Source: Oceanospirillaceae bacterium (GTDB lineage Bacteria > Pseudomonadota > Gammaproteobacteria > Pseudomonadales > Oceanobacteraceae). From it: DNA of 61,644 bases. The translations under genes and the position numbers were made by a program. Of this stretch, positions 36,238 through 48,845 are shown piece after piece (the stretch's first letter is position 1; each line of letters begins with the position of its first letter). The notes below the pieces were generated by a model, which ran no database searches, was not told the DNA's origin, and saw nothing but the letters and a program-made list of their open reading frames with translations. Location: assembly GCA_002706025.1 (NCBI GenBank), contig PAJK01000034.1, positions 21,533-83,176 of the forward strand, written 5' to 3'.

Positions 36238-37206
36238 TCAGACTTCAGGCAGGCTGACCTGCATAAGACGTCTCGCTTTGATCACGCCACCTTCGACAGA
36301 ACCAATGCCTATCATCTGGCGAATCCCGGATTCAACGGCCCATAATTGTACAGACGTTGCATCCGCCAGGCCAGTATTTATCGGCTGACCCTGCAGCATT
36401 TTAGCAGCTTCTGCTAATGTCAGCGGTACTTCCGGCCAATCAGGAATGGCACTGTGTGGCGGCAGCAGCAGATTATCCAGTGCAGAGAAGTCCGCGTCAT
36501 CGCCCTCTCCTGCCTCAATGGCCAGCTGCTCCAGTGCCTCAAGCGTCACCATCTGACCACTGTGATACGGCCCACAGGCGGTACGGTGCAGGCGGCTGAC
36601 GTAGGCACCACAGCCAATACTTTCACCGATATCTTCGACCAGGGTACGGATATACGTGCCTTTGGAGCAGCGCACAGAAAGATCCAGCTGGGTTTCCCGG
36701 CGTTGATTCAGTGTCAGTTCAAAAATGGTAATGGTGCGGCGTTTCTTTTCCGCCACCGCCCGCATTTCTGCTTCTGACATGCCCTGACGGGCCAGCTCAT
36801 ACAGTGGCTTGCCGTCCATTTTCAGTGCTGAAAACATCGGCGGCACCTGTTCGACATCACCGCGGAAGCGGCTGAGCACAGCCTCAACCGCAGCGTCATC
36901 CAGCTCAGGCACCTGCGCCGTGCGGAAGACTTCGCCTTCGGAGTCACCGGTAGAGCGTACTTCCCCCAGCTGGGCTGTGGTGTCGTAAGCTTTATCAGAA
37001 TCGAGCAGCAATTGGGAAAACTTGGTCGCCTCCCCCAAACAGATCGGCAATACCCCGCTGGCCTGAGGGTCCAGCGCGCCGGTGTGACCGGCTTTACGGG
37101 CATTGAAGAGGCGTTTCACCCGCTGCAGCACCTGATTCGAGGACAACCCCAGCGGCTTATCAATAACAATAATGCCGCTGATATCGCGGCCTTTTTTCTT
37201 ACCCAC
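36238..37206 (-). CDS. truB: tRNA pseudouridine(55) synthase
   Basis: KAGHTGALDP, QVPPMFSALK, CSKGTYIRTL. Confidence 0.97.
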   Translation of the reverse strand: MGKKKGRDISGIIVIDKPLGLSSNQVLQRVKRLFNARKAGHTGALDPQASGVLPICLGEATKFSQLLLDSDKAYDTTAQLGEVRSTGDSEGEVFRTAQVPELDDAAVEAVLSRFRGDVEQVPPMFSALKMDGKPLYELARQGMSEAEMRAVAEKKRRTITIFELTLNQRRETQLDLSVRCSKGTYIRTLVEDIGESIGCGAYVSRLHRTACGPYHSGQMVTLEALEQLAIEAGEGDDADFSALDNLLLPPHSAIPDWPEVPLTLAEAAKMLQGQPINTGLADATSVQLWAVESGIRQMIGIGSVEGGVIKARRLMQVSLPEV

Positions 37207-37214
37207 GCAGTCGC

Positions 37215-37625
37215 TTACTCCGCACTGTCGTCCTGCTGATCATCATGATGACGGGACTTATCTTCGTCCGTCGCCTTTTTGATCAGGGAAGTCAGTTTCA
37301 TACCGCGATCCAGGGTTTCATCATAATGGAAACGCAGGTGCGGTGTGATACGGGTACGCAGAATGCGTGCGAGTTCAGTGCGCAGGTAGCCTGACGCATC
37401 GTTAAGAATGCGTTCGGTCTGACGACGGATTTCGTCATCGCTTTCACCACGGGCACCCATCACTGTGAAATAAATATCGGCATACCCCAGATCTTTCGCC
37501 ACTTTAACGTGGTTCAGGGTCACCATACCCAGACGTGGGTCTTTCATTTCAAACTGTATCATCTGCGCCAGATCCCGCTGGATCTGCTCACCAAGGCGCG
37601 ATGTACGGCTGTAATCTTTTGGCAT
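37215..37625 (-). CDS. rbfA: Ribosome-binding factor A
   Basis: MPKDYSRTSR, DPRLG, TPHLRFHYD; GGAGG RBS before ATG 37625. Confidence 0.97.
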   Translation of the reverse strand: MPKDYSRTSRLGEQIQRDLAQMIQFEMKDPRLGMVTLNHVKVAKDLGYADIYFTVMGARGESDDEIRRQTERILNDASGYLRTELARILRTRITPHLRFHYDETLDRGMKLTSLIKKATDEDKSRHHDDQQDDSAE

Positions 37626-37657
37626 TTTATCCTCCGGTTTTACCGGCTTTACAGAGA

Positions 37658-37691
37658 CAGCAAAGCCCGACACTCTGGCCGGGCTTTGCTG
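37658..37691 (-). other. Intercistronic hairpin between infB and rbfA
   Basis: 12-bp stem CAGCAAAGCCCG/CGGGCTTTGCTG, weak U-tract. Confidence 0.55.
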
Positions 37692-37710
37692 CTGAGTCTG
37701 ATAATATGGG

Positions 37711-40284
37711 TTACAGCGTACGTGCCACTTCACGCACGTCGAAGACCTCAATCTGGTCGCCCGGGCGGACGTCCTGATAGTTCTTCACACCGATACCACA
37801 TTCCATACCCTGACGAACTTCCTGTACGTCGTCTTTGAAGCGACGCAGGGATTCCAGTTCACCTTCGTAGATCACCACGTTTTCACGCAGTACACGGATC
37901 TTCTTGTTACGGTAAACCGTACCTTCGATCACCATACAACCGGCAATCTGACCGAACTTAGGCGAGTTGAACACGTCACGTACTTCCGCAGTACCAACGA
38001 TTTCTTCACGCAGTTCAGGCTCAAGCAGACCGCCCATGGCTTTCTTAACGTCGTCCAGCAGATCGTAGATCACGCTGTAGTAACGCATATCAACGTCATT
38101 GGCTTCGACCACACGTTTGGCAGCGTTGTCAGCACGGACGTTAAAGCCGAACACCACGGCACCGGAAGCAACCGCCAGTGTGGCGTCAGTTTCTGTAATA
38201 CCACCCACACCGGAGGATACTACGTTCACTTTCACTTCATCGGTAGCCAGCTTCTGCAGTGAAGCCACGATGGCTTCCAGAGAACCACGTACGTCGGTTT
38301 TCAGAACCACGTTCAGAGAAGCAACCTGACCTTCGCCCATACCAGCGAACAGTGCATCCAGCTTGGCAGCCTGCTGGCGCTGCTGATGTTGTTCCTTCAG
38401 TTTGGTTTCACGGAATTCAGCAACCTCACGGGCTTTCTTCTCGCTTTCCACAACCATGAAGTGGTCACCGGCGTCCGGCGTACCATTCAGACCGAGAATC
38501 TCGACCGGAATGGATGGACCAGCTTCACCAGTCTGCTGACCATTTTCATCCAGCAGTGCACGGGCACGGCCGTAGCAGGTACCGGCCAGAACGATGTCGC
38601 CTTTGTTCAGCATGCCGTCCTGAACCAGCAGGGTCGCAACCGGACCACGTCCTTTATCCAGACGGGATTCAACCACAACACCCTGTGCCGGACCGACAAA
38701 GTGTGCTTTCAGTTCCAGCAGCTCGGCCTGCAGCAGAACCGCTTCAAGCAGCTCTTCAATGCCCTGACCAGTGTGTGCAGATACCGGGATGAATGGTACG
38801 TCGCCGCCCCAGTCTTCCGGAATCACATCACGGGCTGACAGTTCGTTTTTAACACGATCCGGATCAGCAGATTCTTTGTCCATCTTGTTGATGGCAACCA
38901 CCAGAGGAACGCCAGCCGCTTTTGCGTGCTGAACCGCTTCTTCAGTCTGAGGCATCACGCCGTCATCGGCAGCAACCACCAGGATTACCACGTCAGTAGA
39001 CTGAGCACCACGGGCACGCATGGAGGTAAACGCCGCGTGTCCCGGTGTATCCAGGAAGGACACCATGCCGTGATCGGTTTCTACGTGGTAGGCACCGATA
39101 TGCTGGGTAATACCGCCAGCCTCGCCAGAGGCCACTTTGGTACGGCGAATGTAGTCCAGCAGCGAGGTTTTACCATGGTCAACGTGACCCATAACGGTAA
39201 CAACCGGCGCACGGCTCTGTTCTTCGCTGTCGTAAGTAACGGATTCGGTAACATCCTGCTCCAGCTGGTTATCAGCAATCAGCTTGGTTACCTTGTGACC
39301 CATCTCTTCAACCACCAGAGAGGCAGTATCCTGATCCAGCGTCTGGTTGATGGTTGCCATAACCCCCATCTTCATCAGCTCTTTGATCACTTCACCGGCT
39401 TTAACCGCCATTTTACCTGCCAGATCACCAACAGTGATGGCTTCCGGCAGTTCAACTTCTTTGATCACCGGAGCGGTTGGCTTAGTAAACGCATGCTCGT
39501 TATTGCTCTGCTGCTTACCACGTCCACCACGACCACCTTTGGCAGACAGCTTTCCGCCTTTGGCTGGCTTAGCGCCTTTACCCGGACGACGACGGCTGTC
39601 ACCGCCACTGTTGTTGTCGTCATCATCGCGGAAACGGCTGTTTTCACGTTGATCGGTACGCTTTTTATCCGGAGTCTTGGTTTTCTTACGGGTATCTTCC
39701 TGACGTGCTGCTGCAGCTTCAGCTTCGGCACGCTTCTGCGCCAGTTCTTCTTCCGGAGTCAGTTCAGGTTTAGCGGCTTTAGCAGGTTTATCTGCTTTCT
39801 TCGCTTTTGCCTGTTCAGCCGCCGGTGCAGCTTCTTCAGCTTTTGCTTCAGCCACCGGAGCTTCTTCAGCAACCGCTTCTGCAACAACAGTTTCAGCTAC
39901 AGGCTCTTCAACAGCAACCTGTGGCGCTTCAGCTACAGCAGCTTCCAGCGCTGCTGCTTCTGCCTTAACGTCCTGTTCCTGCTCAAGCTCATCACGCTTC
40001 ACGTAAGTACGCTTTTTGCGGACTTCAATGGATACCGTTTTCTTACCGCCCTGACCAGCTTTCAGTGTTGTATTCACTTTACGCTTCAGGGTAATTTTCT
40101 TTGGCGCAGCCGCAGCATCACCGTGGCTTTTCTTGAGGAAAAGCAGCAGTGACTGTTTCTGTTCATCCGTCACAGACTGAGCAGCGTCAGTCTGTGGCAG
40201 GCCAGCTTCTTTCATTTGGGATAACAGGCGGTCAACACTGGTCCCAACCACGTCGGCGAGTTCTTTAACCGTTACATCTGCCAT
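37711..40284 (-). CDS. infB: Translation initiation factor IF-2
   Basis: [21 protein letters not shown] and NKMD GTPase motifs. Confidence 0.99.
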   Translation of the reverse strand: MADVTVKELADVVGTSVDRLLSQMKEAGLPQTDAAQSVTDEQKQSLLLFLKKSHGDAAAAPKKITLKRKVNTTLKAGQGGKKTVSIEVRKKRTYVKRDELEQEQDVKAEAAALEAAVAEAPQVAVEEPVAETVVAEAVAEEAPVAEAKAEEAAPAAEQAKAKKADKPAKAAKPELTPEEELAQKRAEAEAAAARQEDTRKKTKTPDKKRTDQRENSRFRDDDDNNSGGDSRRRPGKGAKPAKGGKLSAKGGRGGRGKQQSNNEHAFTKPTAPVIKEVELPEAITVGDLAGKMAVKAGEVIKELMKMGVMATINQTLDQDTASLVVEEMGHKVTKLIADNQLEQDVTESVTYDSEEQSRAPVVTVMGHVDHGKTSLLDYIRRTKVASGEAGGITQHIGAYHVETDHGMVSFLDTPGHAAFTSMRARGAQSTDVVILVVAADDGVMPQTEEAVQHAKAAGVPLVVAINKMDKESADPDRVKNELSARDVIPEDWGGDVPFIPVSAHTGQGIEELLEAVLLQAELLELKAHFVGPAQGVVVESRLDKGRGPVATLLVQDGMLNKGDIVLAGTCYGRARALLDENGQQTGEAGPSIPVEILGLNGTPDAGDHFMVVESEKKAREVAEFRETKLKEQHQQRQQAAKLDALFAGMGEGQVASLNVVLKTDVRGSLEAIVASLQKLATDEVKVNVVSSGVGGITETDATLAVASGAVVFGFNVRADNAAKRVVEANDVDMRYYSVIYDLLDDVKKAMGGLLEPELREEIVGTAEVRDVFNSPKFGQIAGCMVIEGTVYRNKKIRVLRENVVIYEGELESLRRFKDDVQEVRQGMECGIGVKNYQDVRPGDQIEVFDVREVARTL

Positions 40285-40310
40285 ACGTTTCTCCTATGCC
40301 GAGCGGTTGA

Positions 40311-41807
40311 TTAGTCATTGCCCTCGAACCAGGGCTTACGGGCGGTCATGATAAGCTCCGCCGCTTTCTCTTCGGTCATGGCTTCAATGTCCATAAGGTC
40401 ATCGATGGACTGCTCGGCAAGATCTTCCATCGTACAGATACCTTTACTCGCCAGACGCAGGGCGAGATGTTTTTCCATACCTTCCATATTCAGCAGGTCT
40501 TCGGCCGGCTCGGCGCTGTCCAGCTGTTCTTCAGAAGCAAGCGCCTGAGTCAGCAGTACATCTTTCGCGCGGTTACGCAGCTCGGTAACAACCTCTTCGT
40601 CCAGACCGTCAATCGCCAGCATCTCATCCATCGGAACGTAGGCAATTTCTTCCAGCGTGGTAAAGCCTTCTTCCACCAGCAGGGTGGCAAAGTCTTCATC
40701 CAGATCCAGGGAATTCATAAAGCTTTCGATAAAGCCGGATGCTTCCTGATTCTGTTTTTCAACCGCTGCTTCTTCGGTCATGACGTTGATTTCCCAACCG
40801 GTCAGCTCTGATGCCAGACGGACATTCTGTCCGCCACGGCCAATCGCCTGGGCCAGGTTATCTTCCGCAACAGCAACGTCCATGCTGTTGGTTTATTCGT
40901 CCATCACGATGGACGCTACTTCCGCCGGTGCCATGGCATTGATCACCAGCTGCGCCGGGTTGTCATCCCACAGCACGATGTCGATACGTTCGTTTCCACC
41001 CAGTTCGTTGGTTACAGCCTGAACACGCGCACCGCGCATACCCACACAGGCACCAACAGGGTCGATACGTTTATCGTTGGTTTTTACTGCAATCTTGGCG
41101 CGTGAACCCGGATCACGGGCAGCACCTTTAATTTCAATAACTTCTTCCGCGATTTCCGGCACTTCGATGCGGAACAGTTCGATCAGCATCTCAGGGCAGG
41201 TACGGCTCAGCATCAGCTGTGGGCCACGGTTTTCCGGACGAACAGCGTGCAGAATCGCACGCACACGGTCACCCATGCGCATGATTTCACGACCGATCAA
41301 CTGATCTTTCGGCATCAGGCCTTCGGCGTTATTGCCGAGATCGACGATAACGTTATCGCGTGTCACTTTTTTAACAGTACCGTTGATCAGTTCACCAACA
41401 CGGTGCTGGTATTGATCAACAATCTGCGCGCGCTCTGCTTCACGTACTTTCTGTACGATGATCTGCTTCGCTGCCTGCGCTGCAATACGGCCGAAATCAG
41501 GGTTTTCAATCTGAACTTCGTAGGTGTCACCCGGCTGCAGATTGGTATCAATTTCGTGAGCCTCTTGGAGAGTCAGCTCATCACCCAGACCTGGCACCAC
41601 GTCATTGCTGACCACCAGCCAGCTGCGGTAAGTCTGGTAATCACCAGTACGACGGTCGATATCGACGCGAATGGTGGCTTCCTCATCTTCGTAGCGCTTC
41701 TTTGCGGCCGCGGCCAGGGCTGACTCAATCGCTTCAAAAATAATCTCTTTTGAAACACCCTTTTCGTTGGAAACCGCTTCAGCGACCAGGAGAATTTCTT
41801 TGCTCAT
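40311..41807 (-). CDS. nusA: Transcription factor NusA, interrupted by a single in-frame TAA at 40895-40893
   Basis: Two in-frame ORFs (304 aa + 190 aa) joined by GAA TAA ACC AAC AGC ATG; together 498 codons with S1, KH and AR domains. Confidence 0.93.
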
Positions 41808-41829
41808 CTTCTAGCCTCGCTCTGCAACC

Positions 41830-42288
41830 TTAATCCTTGAATTGTGGAACAACATTGGCTTTTTCAATCAGTTCAATCGGCAGCAGATATTCGTGCTCAT
41901 CAACGACCAGCACTACATCTTCCTGTTCGACACCAATTAATTGGCCTTTGAATTTACGACGCCCGTCAAAGGGCATACGCAGACGCAACTCGATAATATG
42001 GTTTGCGTACTGCTTGAACTGCTCAAGCGTGAACAATGGACGATCCATCCCGGGGGACGATACTTCCAGTGTGTATTCCTGAGTAATCGGATCTTCCACG
42101 TCCAGAACCGCACTGATCTGGCGGCTGACTTCTGCACAATGGTCGACGGTGATTCCGTCCGGTTTATCTATAAAAACCCGCAACATTGAGCGCTTGCCGT
42201 TCGGCATAAACTCCAGCCCCCAGAAAGTGAATCCCATGGATTCCACCACTGGTGCCAACAGTTCTTTTAACTGCGCATCTTTTGCCAA
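41830..42288 (-). CDS. rimP: Ribosome maturation factor RimP
   Basis: LRVFIDK, LEVSSPG, RRKFKG; TTG start behind GAGGG. Confidence 0.95.
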   Translation of the reverse strand: MAKDAQLKELLAPVVESMGFTFWGLEFMPNGKRSMLRVFIDKPDGITVDHCAEVSRQISAVLDVEDPITQEYTLEVSSPGMDRPLFTLEQFKQYANHIIELRLRMPFDGRRKFKGQLIGVEQEDVVLVVDEHEYLLPIELIEKANVVPQFKD

Positions 42289-42304
42289 ATATCTACCCTC
42301 ACCA

Positions 42305-42335
42305 CAAACAAAAACTGGGCCACTCAGTGCCCAGT
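42305..42335 (-). promoter_or_regulatory. rimP leader hairpin (attenuator-like)
   Basis: ACTGGGCAC-TGA-GTGGCCCAGT followed by TTTTTGTTTG just upstream of the rimP RBS. Confidence 0.5.
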
Positions 42336-42432
42336 CCGCTACCTGCCTTATGCAGACCGCAACCCGCGCCACAGCCCGGATTCCGGTACGCCTCAGCGAC
42401 TTATGCCGCCCGGGCCTGTGTCTGAAAAGCGA

Positions 42433-42470
42433 CTACTAAAAAGCCCCTGACTTGAGGGGCTTTTTAGTAG
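42433..42470. terminator. Strong symmetric terminator downstream of tRNA-Leu
   Basis: 16-bp stem CTACTAAAAAGCCCCT/AGGGGCTTTTTAGTAG. Confidence 0.85.
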
Positions 42471-42542
42471 TGCTCTATCAAAGCACGCGCATTATATGCG
42501 CTTTAAACAAAAAAAGCGAACCGTGTTCGCTTTTCAGTAATT

Positions 42543-42628
42543 TGGTGCGGATGGCGAGACTCGAACTCGCACGAGCTTAGCTCACCACCCCCTCAAGATG
42601 GCGTGTCTACCAATTCCACCACATCCGC
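42543..42628 (-). tRNA. tRNA-Leu(GAG)
   Basis: GCGGATG acceptor stem, D-loop GGAATTGGTAGAC, anticodon loop TT-GAG-GG, long variable arm, GTTCGAG T-loop, CCA end. Confidence 0.96.
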
Positions 42629-42646
42629 ACTAAAACTGTATGAGCC

Positions 42647-43036
42647 TTATTTTTCAGTCTCTTCGACTGCCGGCTCATCCGCATCAGAAGCATCCAGGTC
42701 GGGTGCATCTGAAGACGGCGCGTATTCTTCCACAACTGGGGCGTCCTGCTCAAGCTTTTCTATCACTTCCTGGCTAGGAATTCCCAGATCCTGCGAACTT
42801 TCTACCTTCTGACGGGCATAAATACCCAGAACCAGACTGGTTACGAAAAATAAAGTTGCAAGAATCGCGGTAGTGCGGCTTAAAAAGTTACCGGAACCAC
42901 TGCTGCCGAAAACAGTCTGGGACGCGCCACTGCCAAAAGAAGCACCTGCATCAGCACCCTTACCCTGCTGCATCATAACGAACGCGATGATGCCCACAGC
43001 CAGCAGAATGTGAACGATTAAAACAATGGATTCCAT
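42647..43036 (-). CDS. secG: Preprotein translocase subunit SecG
   Basis: QQGKGADAGASFGSGASQTVFG..GNFLSR. Confidence 0.97.
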   Translation of the reverse strand: MESIVLIVHILLAVGIIAFVMMQQGKGADAGASFGSGASQTVFGSSGSGNFLSRTTAILATLFFVTSLVLGIYARQKVESSQDLGIPSQEVIEKLEQDAPVVEEYAPSSDAPDLDASDADEPAVEETEK

Positions 43037-43044
43037 AACTTACC

Positions 43045-43785
43045 TTATGCCCGACAAATAGCTGTAAATTCCGCGGCGTCGAGAGAGGCTCCCCCGACCA
43101 GTCCGCCATCAATATCCGGCTGCGAAAATAATTCCGCCGCACTGGCAGCTTTTACACTGCCGCCGTATAAAATACGGGTTTTTTCCGCCACCGTATCACT
43201 GACTTTTTTCAGTTCGGAACGGATAAATGCATGCATCGCCTGCGCCTGCTCAGGAGTGGCAGTCTCACCGGTACCGATAGCCCAGACCGGTTCGTAGGCG
43301 ATGATAATTTTTTCCCAGTCTGCATTGCTCAGTTCAGCAATAAGCAGCGACAGCTGCTCAGAAACCACAGACTCTTCACGCACTGCTTTACGCTGCTCGA
43401 TGGTTTCACCCACGCAAACAACCGCAGTAATGCCGTTAGCCATCAGCTGACGCACTTTAACCAGCACATCATAATCCCGTTCGCCATACAGGGCGCGGCG
43501 CTCAGAATGACCAACCAGAGCCATGGAGCAGCCAATGTCGGCCAACATGGCAGCGGACACTTCACCGGTAAAGGCACCGGATTCTTCCGCAGCAACGTTC
43601 TGGGCTCCCACCATCACCGGCGTTCCTGCTGTTTCTGCAACCGCCTGAGTGATGTACGGGAACGGAGGGAACACAGCTATATCGCGATCGGCCGGTAAGT
43701 TTTCCAGGACACCGGTCAACAGACTGCCAGTCATCTCTGATGAGGCATTCATTTTCCAGTTTCCGGCTACCAACTGTCGACGCAT
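43045..43785 (-). CDS. tpiA: Triosephosphate isomerase
   Basis: AGNWKMN, GHSERR, AYEPVWAIGTG, LYGGSV. Confidence 0.98.
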   Translation of the reverse strand: MRRQLVAGNWKMNASSEMTGSLLTGVLENLPADRDIAVFPPFPYITQAVAETAGTPVMVGAQNVAAEESGAFTGEVSAAMLADIGCSMALVGHSERRALYGERDYDVLVKVRQLMANGITAVVCVGETIEQRKAVREESVVSEQLSLLIAELSNADWEKIIIAYEPVWAIGTGETATPEQAQAMHAFIRSELKKVSDTVAEKTRILYGGSVKAASAAELFSQPDIDGGLVGGASLDAAEFTAICRA

Positions 43786-43847
43786 AACGAGTCCCAAAAT
43801 TTAAAGAGCGCAGATACTATCTAAGAAGCTGTCCTGAGACAAGCAGA

Positions 43848-45182
43848 TCAGGCTAATACCCGCTCCACGACCCCAGCCAGCTCACTGGCTAATTGATGAA
43901 TCAGAGCAGAATCTTCACCTTCTACCATCACCCGCACAACAGGCTCGGTACCGGATGGACGTAACAACACGCGACCACGGCCTGCAAGCTTGTCTTCAAC
44001 AGCAGCGACGGCAGAAACGATTTCACGGTCAGAATTCACATCCACATTGCGGCTGCGCTTCACGTTAATCATGGTCTGCGGCATTTTGCTCATTTTAAGC
44101 TGCCAGTCAGACAGATCGGTTTCGGTATCCTGCAGCGCCTGCATAACCTGCAGTGCAGCGACGATTCCATCCCCCGTAGTATTGGCATCGAGGCACAGAA
44201 TATGTCCGGAGGATTCACCACCAAAACGCCAGCCCTGCTCATCCAGCATCTGCAACACATAACGGTCGCCGACTTTGGTACGCAGGAAATCGATACCCTG
44301 ATCCTTCAGGCCCAGTTCAAGGCCGAGGTTACTCATCAGCGTTCCTACCACACCGCCGTTCAGGCGCCCCTGGGCTTTGGCATGGGAAGCAATAATAAAC
44401 AGGAGCTGATCACCGTCGAGCAGCTCACCGTTTTTATCCACCATGGCAACACGGTCACCATCACCATCAAAAGCGATACCCAGATCGGCTGATACTTCCT
44501 TAACTTTCGCCTGCAACGCTTCAGGCTCGGTAGAACCCACCTGATTATTGATGTTCAGGCCGTCTGGCTGAGCACCCATCACCACGATTTCAGCTCCCAG
44601 CTCGGAGAACACCAGTGGCGCAATCTGATAGGTCGCACCATGGGCGCAGTCGAGCACGATTTTTAAGCCGCGCAGATTCAGCGCATTGACCGTGCCCTTA
44701 CAGAATTCGGTATAGCGCCCAGCAGCGTCATTAACCCGCCAGGCTTTACCCAGCGCAGAGGATTCAACACAGCTCATGGGTTTATCCAGCCAGGATTCAA
44801 TTTCCAGCTCGACCTCATCCGGCAGCTTACGTCCTTCACCAGAGAAGAATTTGATGCCGTTATCGTAGAACGGATTGTGCGAAGCACTGATGACTATCCC
44901 CGCCTGAGCGCGGAAGGTACGGGTCAGGTAAGCAATGCCCGGAGTAGGAATCGGGCCTAACAGACCGATATCCACACCGGCGGATGACAGCCCCGCTTCC
45001 AGCGCAGATTCAAACATATAGCCGGAAATACGCGTATCTTTACCGATGAGAATTTTACGCGCCCCCTGCGCAGCAAAGACTTTTCCTGCTGCCCAGCCAA
45101 GTTTCATGACAAATTCCGGATTAATCGGATAGGTACCAACCCGCCCACGGATACCATCGGTACCAAAATATTTTCTACTCAT
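43848..45182 (-). CDS. glmM: Phosphoglucosamine mutase
   Basis: [28 protein letters not shown]. Confidence 0.98.
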   Translation of the reverse strand: MSRKYFGTDGIRGRVGTYPINPEFVMKLGWAAGKVFAAQGARKILIGKDTRISGYMFESALEAGLSSAGVDIGLLGPIPTPGIAYLTRTFRAQAGIVISASHNPFYDNGIKFFSGEGRKLPDEVELEIESWLDKPMSCVESSALGKAWRVNDAAGRYTEFCKGTVNALNLRGLKIVLDCAHGATYQIAPLVFSELGAEIVVMGAQPDGLNINNQVGSTEPEALQAKVKEVSADLGIAFDGDGDRVAMVDKNGELLDGDQLLFIIASHAKAQGRLNGGVVGTLMSNLGLELGLKDQGIDFLRTKVGDRYVLQMLDEQGWRFGGESSGHILCLDANTTGDGIVAALQVMQALQDTETDLSDWQLKMSKMPQTMINVKRSRNVDVNSDREIVSAVAAVEDKLAGRGRVLLRPSGTEPVVRVMVEGEDSALIHQLASELAGVVERVLA

Positions 45183-46017
45183 TCCCTTCCCTCAAGGTCG
45201 CACTCAGCACACGAATTGCCTGCGCGGTTTCTTTCACATCATGAACGCGGAGGATTTTCGCACCTTTCATTGCACAGATCACGGCACCAGTCACACTTCC
45301 GATCACACGCTCATCCGCGGCATCCACGCCACTGGCCTCGCCAATCATACGCTTCCGCGACAAACCGGTTAACAGCGGCAGGCCAAGTTCATGCAAAGAT
45401 TCGAGTCGGTTCAGCAGCCTATAGTTATGCTGATGGTTTTTACCGAAGCCAAAACCCGGATCGAGCAGGATTTTATCGCGCCCAATACCTGCGTCCTCAC
45501 AGACGCTGACACGCTGCTGTAAAAATTGCTTCACCAGTTCTTCGATCGGTTGCTGATATTCGGGTGCGTTTTTCACAGCCTGAGGATCACCATCCCAATG
45601 CATCAGACACACAGGCAAACCAGTCTGTGCTGCTGCCGCCAGGGCACCATCACGACACAGCGAGCGCACATCGTTAACCAGATGAGCCCCGGCCGCGGCA
45701 CTTTCCGAAATAACAGCCGGTGTACTGGTATCCACAGAAATGACAACATCAAAACGTTGCGCAATGGCCTCGACTGCCGGGATAACCCGCGCCAGTTCTT
45801 CCGCTTCCGTCACCGGATCAGCCCCCGGACGGGTGGATTCACCGCCAATATCGATCACTGTCGCACCGTCAGCAATCATTTGCTGCGCGTGCTGCAATGC
45901 CACATCAATGGAACTGAAGCGACCACCATCGGAAAAAGAATCCGGGGTTACATTGAGAATGCCCATCACATTGGGCACGGAGAAATCCAGCTCGCGGTTT
46001 CCGCATTGAAATTTCAC
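45175..46017 (-). CDS. folP: Dihydropteroate synthase
   Basis: [41 protein letters not shown]. Confidence 0.98.
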   Translation of the reverse strand: MKFQCGNRELDFSVPNVMGILNVTPDSFSDGGRFSSIDVALQHAQQMIADGATVIDIGGESTRPGADPVTEAEELARVIPAVEAIAQRFDVVISVDTSTPAVISESAAAGAHLVNDVRSLCRDGALAAAAQTGLPVCLMHWDGDPQAVKNAPEYQQPIEELVKQFLQQRVSVCEDAGIGRDKILLDPGFGFGKNHQHNYRLLNRLESLHELGLPLLTGLSRKRMIGEASGVDAADERVIGSVTGAVICAMKGAKILRVHDVKETAQAIRVLSATLREGNE

Positions 46018-46069
46018 AGGCTATTCACGCTTAATATTGAGTATTACTGACACACATAAAAACAGACGT

Positions 46070-46096
46070 AAAAAAAGCGGCCGGGGCCGCTTTTTT
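46070..46096. terminator. ftsH terminator
   Basis: AAAAAAGCGGCC/GGCCGCTTTTTT. Confidence 0.8.
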
Positions 46097-46115
46097 CTTC
46101 AGATCAGTGACCGGA

Positions 46116-48038
46116 TCAGCTCTCTTCGCCAGCAGCATCACCGACCGCGTCATCATTCGGATCACGGGTCATATCACGGCTTTCTTCTGCCGGTGACGCA
46201 GGACCGGAACCATCACCACCCCAGGATTTAGGCGGGCGAGGTTTCTTACCGGACATAATGTCATCAATCTGATCCGTATCGATGGTTTCATATTCCATCA
46301 ACGCGTCTTTCATCAGCTCGAGTTTGTCACGGTTCTGTTCCAGCAGAGTGTAAGCACGCTGATAACAGGTATCCAGCAGACCTTTCACTTCGGAATCGAT
46401 CAGACGGGCAGTGTCATCAGACAGATGAGACAGCTGACCACCACCGGAACTGCCCAGGTAACCATTCTGTTCTTCTTCAGTAAACAGCTGAGCACCCAAT
46501 TTTTCCGACAGACCCCATTTGGTCACGTAGTTACGTGCGTACTTGGTCGCACGCTCAATATCGTTGGATGCGCCCGTGGTTACACCGTCTTTACCCAGTG
46601 TCATTTCTTCCGCAATACGGCCACCGTACAGAGAGCAGATATTGCTTTCGATACCGCGTTTGCTGATGGAGTGACGATCCTCTTCCGGCAGGAACATAGT
46701 CACACCCAGAGCCCGGCCACGGGGAATGATGGAGACCTTGTACACCGGATCGTGTTCAGGCATCAGGCGACCAATAATCGCATGGCCCGCTTCGTGGTAA
46801 GCCGTATTGGTTTTCTCTTTCTCAGACATAACCATGGTTTTACGCTCGGCACCCATCAGGATCTTATCCTTGGCTTTCTCGAACTCTTCCATGGTGACCA
46901 GATTACGGTTGGCACGGGCTGCAAACAGTGCCGCCTCGTTCACCAGGTTGGCCAGATCAGCACCAGAGAAGCCAGGTGTACCGCGGGCAATAACGGATGC
47001 ATTCACATCATCTGCCACCGGCACTTTACGCATGTGCACGCCCAGAATCTGTTCACGGCCACGGATGTCCGGCAGACCAACCACTACCTGACGGTCAAAA
47101 CGGCCCGGACGCAGCAGCGCAGGGTCCAGAACATCGGGACGGTTAGTCGCGGCAATGACGATGATGCCATCGTTAACTTCGAAGCCGTCCATCTCCACCA
47201 GCAATTGGTTCAGAGTCTGTTCGCGTTCGTCGTTACCACCGCCGATACCTACGCCACGGGAGCGACCCACGGCATCGATTTCGTCGATAAAGATAATACA
47301 TGGGGCCTGCTTCTTTGCCTGATCGAACATGTCACGCACACGGGATGCACCAACACCAACGAACATTTCAACGAAGTCAGAACCGGAAATAGAGAAGAAA
47401 GGTACACGGGCTTCACCGGCAATAGCTTTTGCCAGCAGGGTTTTACCGGTACCAGGCTGACCCACCATCAATACGCCACGCGGAATCTTACCGCCCAGAC
47501 GCTGGTATTTGCCCGGGTCACGCAGGAATTCAACCAGCTCTTTTACGTCTTCTTTGGCTTCATCACAGCCAGCTACGTCTTCAAAGGTGGTTTTGATCTG
47601 ATCTTCACTGAGCAGCTTGGCTTTGCTTTTACCGAACGCCATCGGGCCGCCACGACCGGAACTGCCCCCCTGCATCTGCCGCATAAACAGCATAAAGACG
47701 GCAATAATGATCAGAATAGGCAGAGACGCCAGCAGCAGCTGAGTGAAGAAACCGTCTTTTTCTGGTTTCTGACCCACCACCTGTACATGGTTATTCAGCA
47801 GAGTATCCATCAGCTTGTCATCATACGTCGGCATGATGGTCTCGAAAGACTCGCCACTGGAATTAAGACCGCTGATGGTCTGGCCGGATATGGTAACCCG
47901 CTCCACCTGACCGCTCTCTACCGCCTTGATGAATTCTGAGTAGGCGAGCTCATTCCCTCTTCCAACACTCTGGAAGTTGTTGAACACCATCATCAGAACG
48001 GCAGCGATCACTGCCCACAGTATGAAATTCTTTGCCAT
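46116..48038 (-). CDS. ftsH: ATP-dependent zinc metalloprotease FtsH
   Basis: Two TM helices, [28 protein letters not shown]. Confidence 0.99.
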   Translation of the reverse strand: MAKNFILWAVIAAVLMMVFNNFQSVGRGNELAYSEFIKAVESGQVERVTISGQTISGLNSSGESFETIMPTYDDKLMDTLLNNHVQVVGQKPEKDGFFTQLLLASLPILIIIAVFMLFMRQMQGGSSGRGGPMAFGKSKAKLLSEDQIKTTFEDVAGCDEAKEDVKELVEFLRDPGKYQRLGGKIPRGVLMVGQPGTGKTLLAKAIAGEARVPFFSISGSDFVEMFVGVGASRVRDMFDQAKKQAPCIIFIDEIDAVGRSRGVGIGGGNDEREQTLNQLLVEMDGFEVNDGIIVIAATNRPDVLDPALLRPGRFDRQVVVGLPDIRGREQILGVHMRKVPVADDVNASVIARGTPGFSGADLANLVNEAALFAARANRNLVTMEEFEKAKDKILMGAERKTMVMSEKEKTNTAYHEAGHAIIGRLMPEHDPVYKVSIIPRGRALGVTMFLPEEDRHSISKRGIESNICSLYGGRIAEEMTLGKDGVTTGASNDIERATKYARNYVTKWGLSEKLGAQLFTEEEQNGYLGSSGGGQLSHLSDDTARLIDSEVKGLLDTCYQRAYTLLEQNRDKLELMKDALMEYETIDTDQIDDIMSGKKPRPPKSWGGDGSGPASPAEESRDMTRDPNDDAVGDAAGEES

Positions 48039-48116
48039 CCGGCACTACCTCACTGGCTGTCGTTGCCCGGCCGAATGCCGGGGGCCTTGCTATCTGCTTA
48101 GCTTAGCAAGCAATTG

Positions 48117-48737
48117 CTAAGCGCGGAAACCTTTACCTACTATGTAAACCTCACGGGATCTCGCTCTGGAGGCCTTAGGTTTACGAATCATTACTTTACT
48201 GAACGAAGTCCTGACATCATCGAGATACTGATCAAACCCTTCTCCCTGAAAAACCTTTGCCACGAACTGGCCATTCGGGCGCAGTACCTGACGAGCCATA
48301 TCCAGCGCCAGTTCAACAAGATACATAGCGCCTGGCTGGTCAATTGAGGCCACTCCACTCATATTGGGGGCCATATCTGAGATTACAAGGTCTACCGGCC
48401 GACCATAGATAACAGCCATCAGCTCATCGAAGACAGATTCTTCCGTAAAGTCACCCTGAATGAAATTCACATCCTCTATCGGGTCCATTGGCAGAATGTC
48501 CGAGGCGATGATCGTGCCGTTGCCTTTCAGCAGCCGCGTTACCACCTGAGACCAGCCGCCCGGCGCCGAACCCAGATCGACGACGGTCATGCCCGGCTTT
48601 ATGAGCTGATCTTTCTCGTCCAGTTCAATCAATTTGTAACTGGCCCGGGTCCGGTAACCATCCTGCTGGGCTTTCTGCACCCAGATATCGTCAACATGTT
48701 CTTTCAGCCAGCCAGCACTGGTTTTTGAGCGCGCCAT
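48117..48737 (-). CDS. rlmE: 23S rRNA Um2552 methyltransferase
   Basis: [31 protein letters not shown]. Confidence 0.97.
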   Translation of the reverse strand: MARSKTSAGWLKEHVDDIWVQKAQQDGYRTRASYKLIELDEKDQLIKPGMTVVDLGSAPGGWSQVVTRLLKGNGTIIASDILPMDPIEDVNFIQGDFTEESVFDELMAVIYGRPVDLVISDMAPNMSGVASIDQPGAMYLVELALDMARQVLRPNGQFVAKVFQGEGFDQYLDDVRTSFSKVMIRKPKASRARSREVYIVGKGFRA

Positions 48738-48845
48738 GCAGGTTTATGCTCCCGCCTAAGGTATAATGGTTCTAATCATACCCGGATCGTACATCCGGGC
48801 GTATGCAGAAGAATATTACCACTGAATAACCGAGCTTCCGAATAT

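Noticed and set aside
46425-47939. Long antisense ORFs (504 aa opposite ftsH; also 38926-40152, 54278-55402, 33574-34314, 2609-3271, 58550-59296, 59720-60493)
   Set aside because: Shadow frames of conserved, codon-biased genes; no RBS or protein-like motifs
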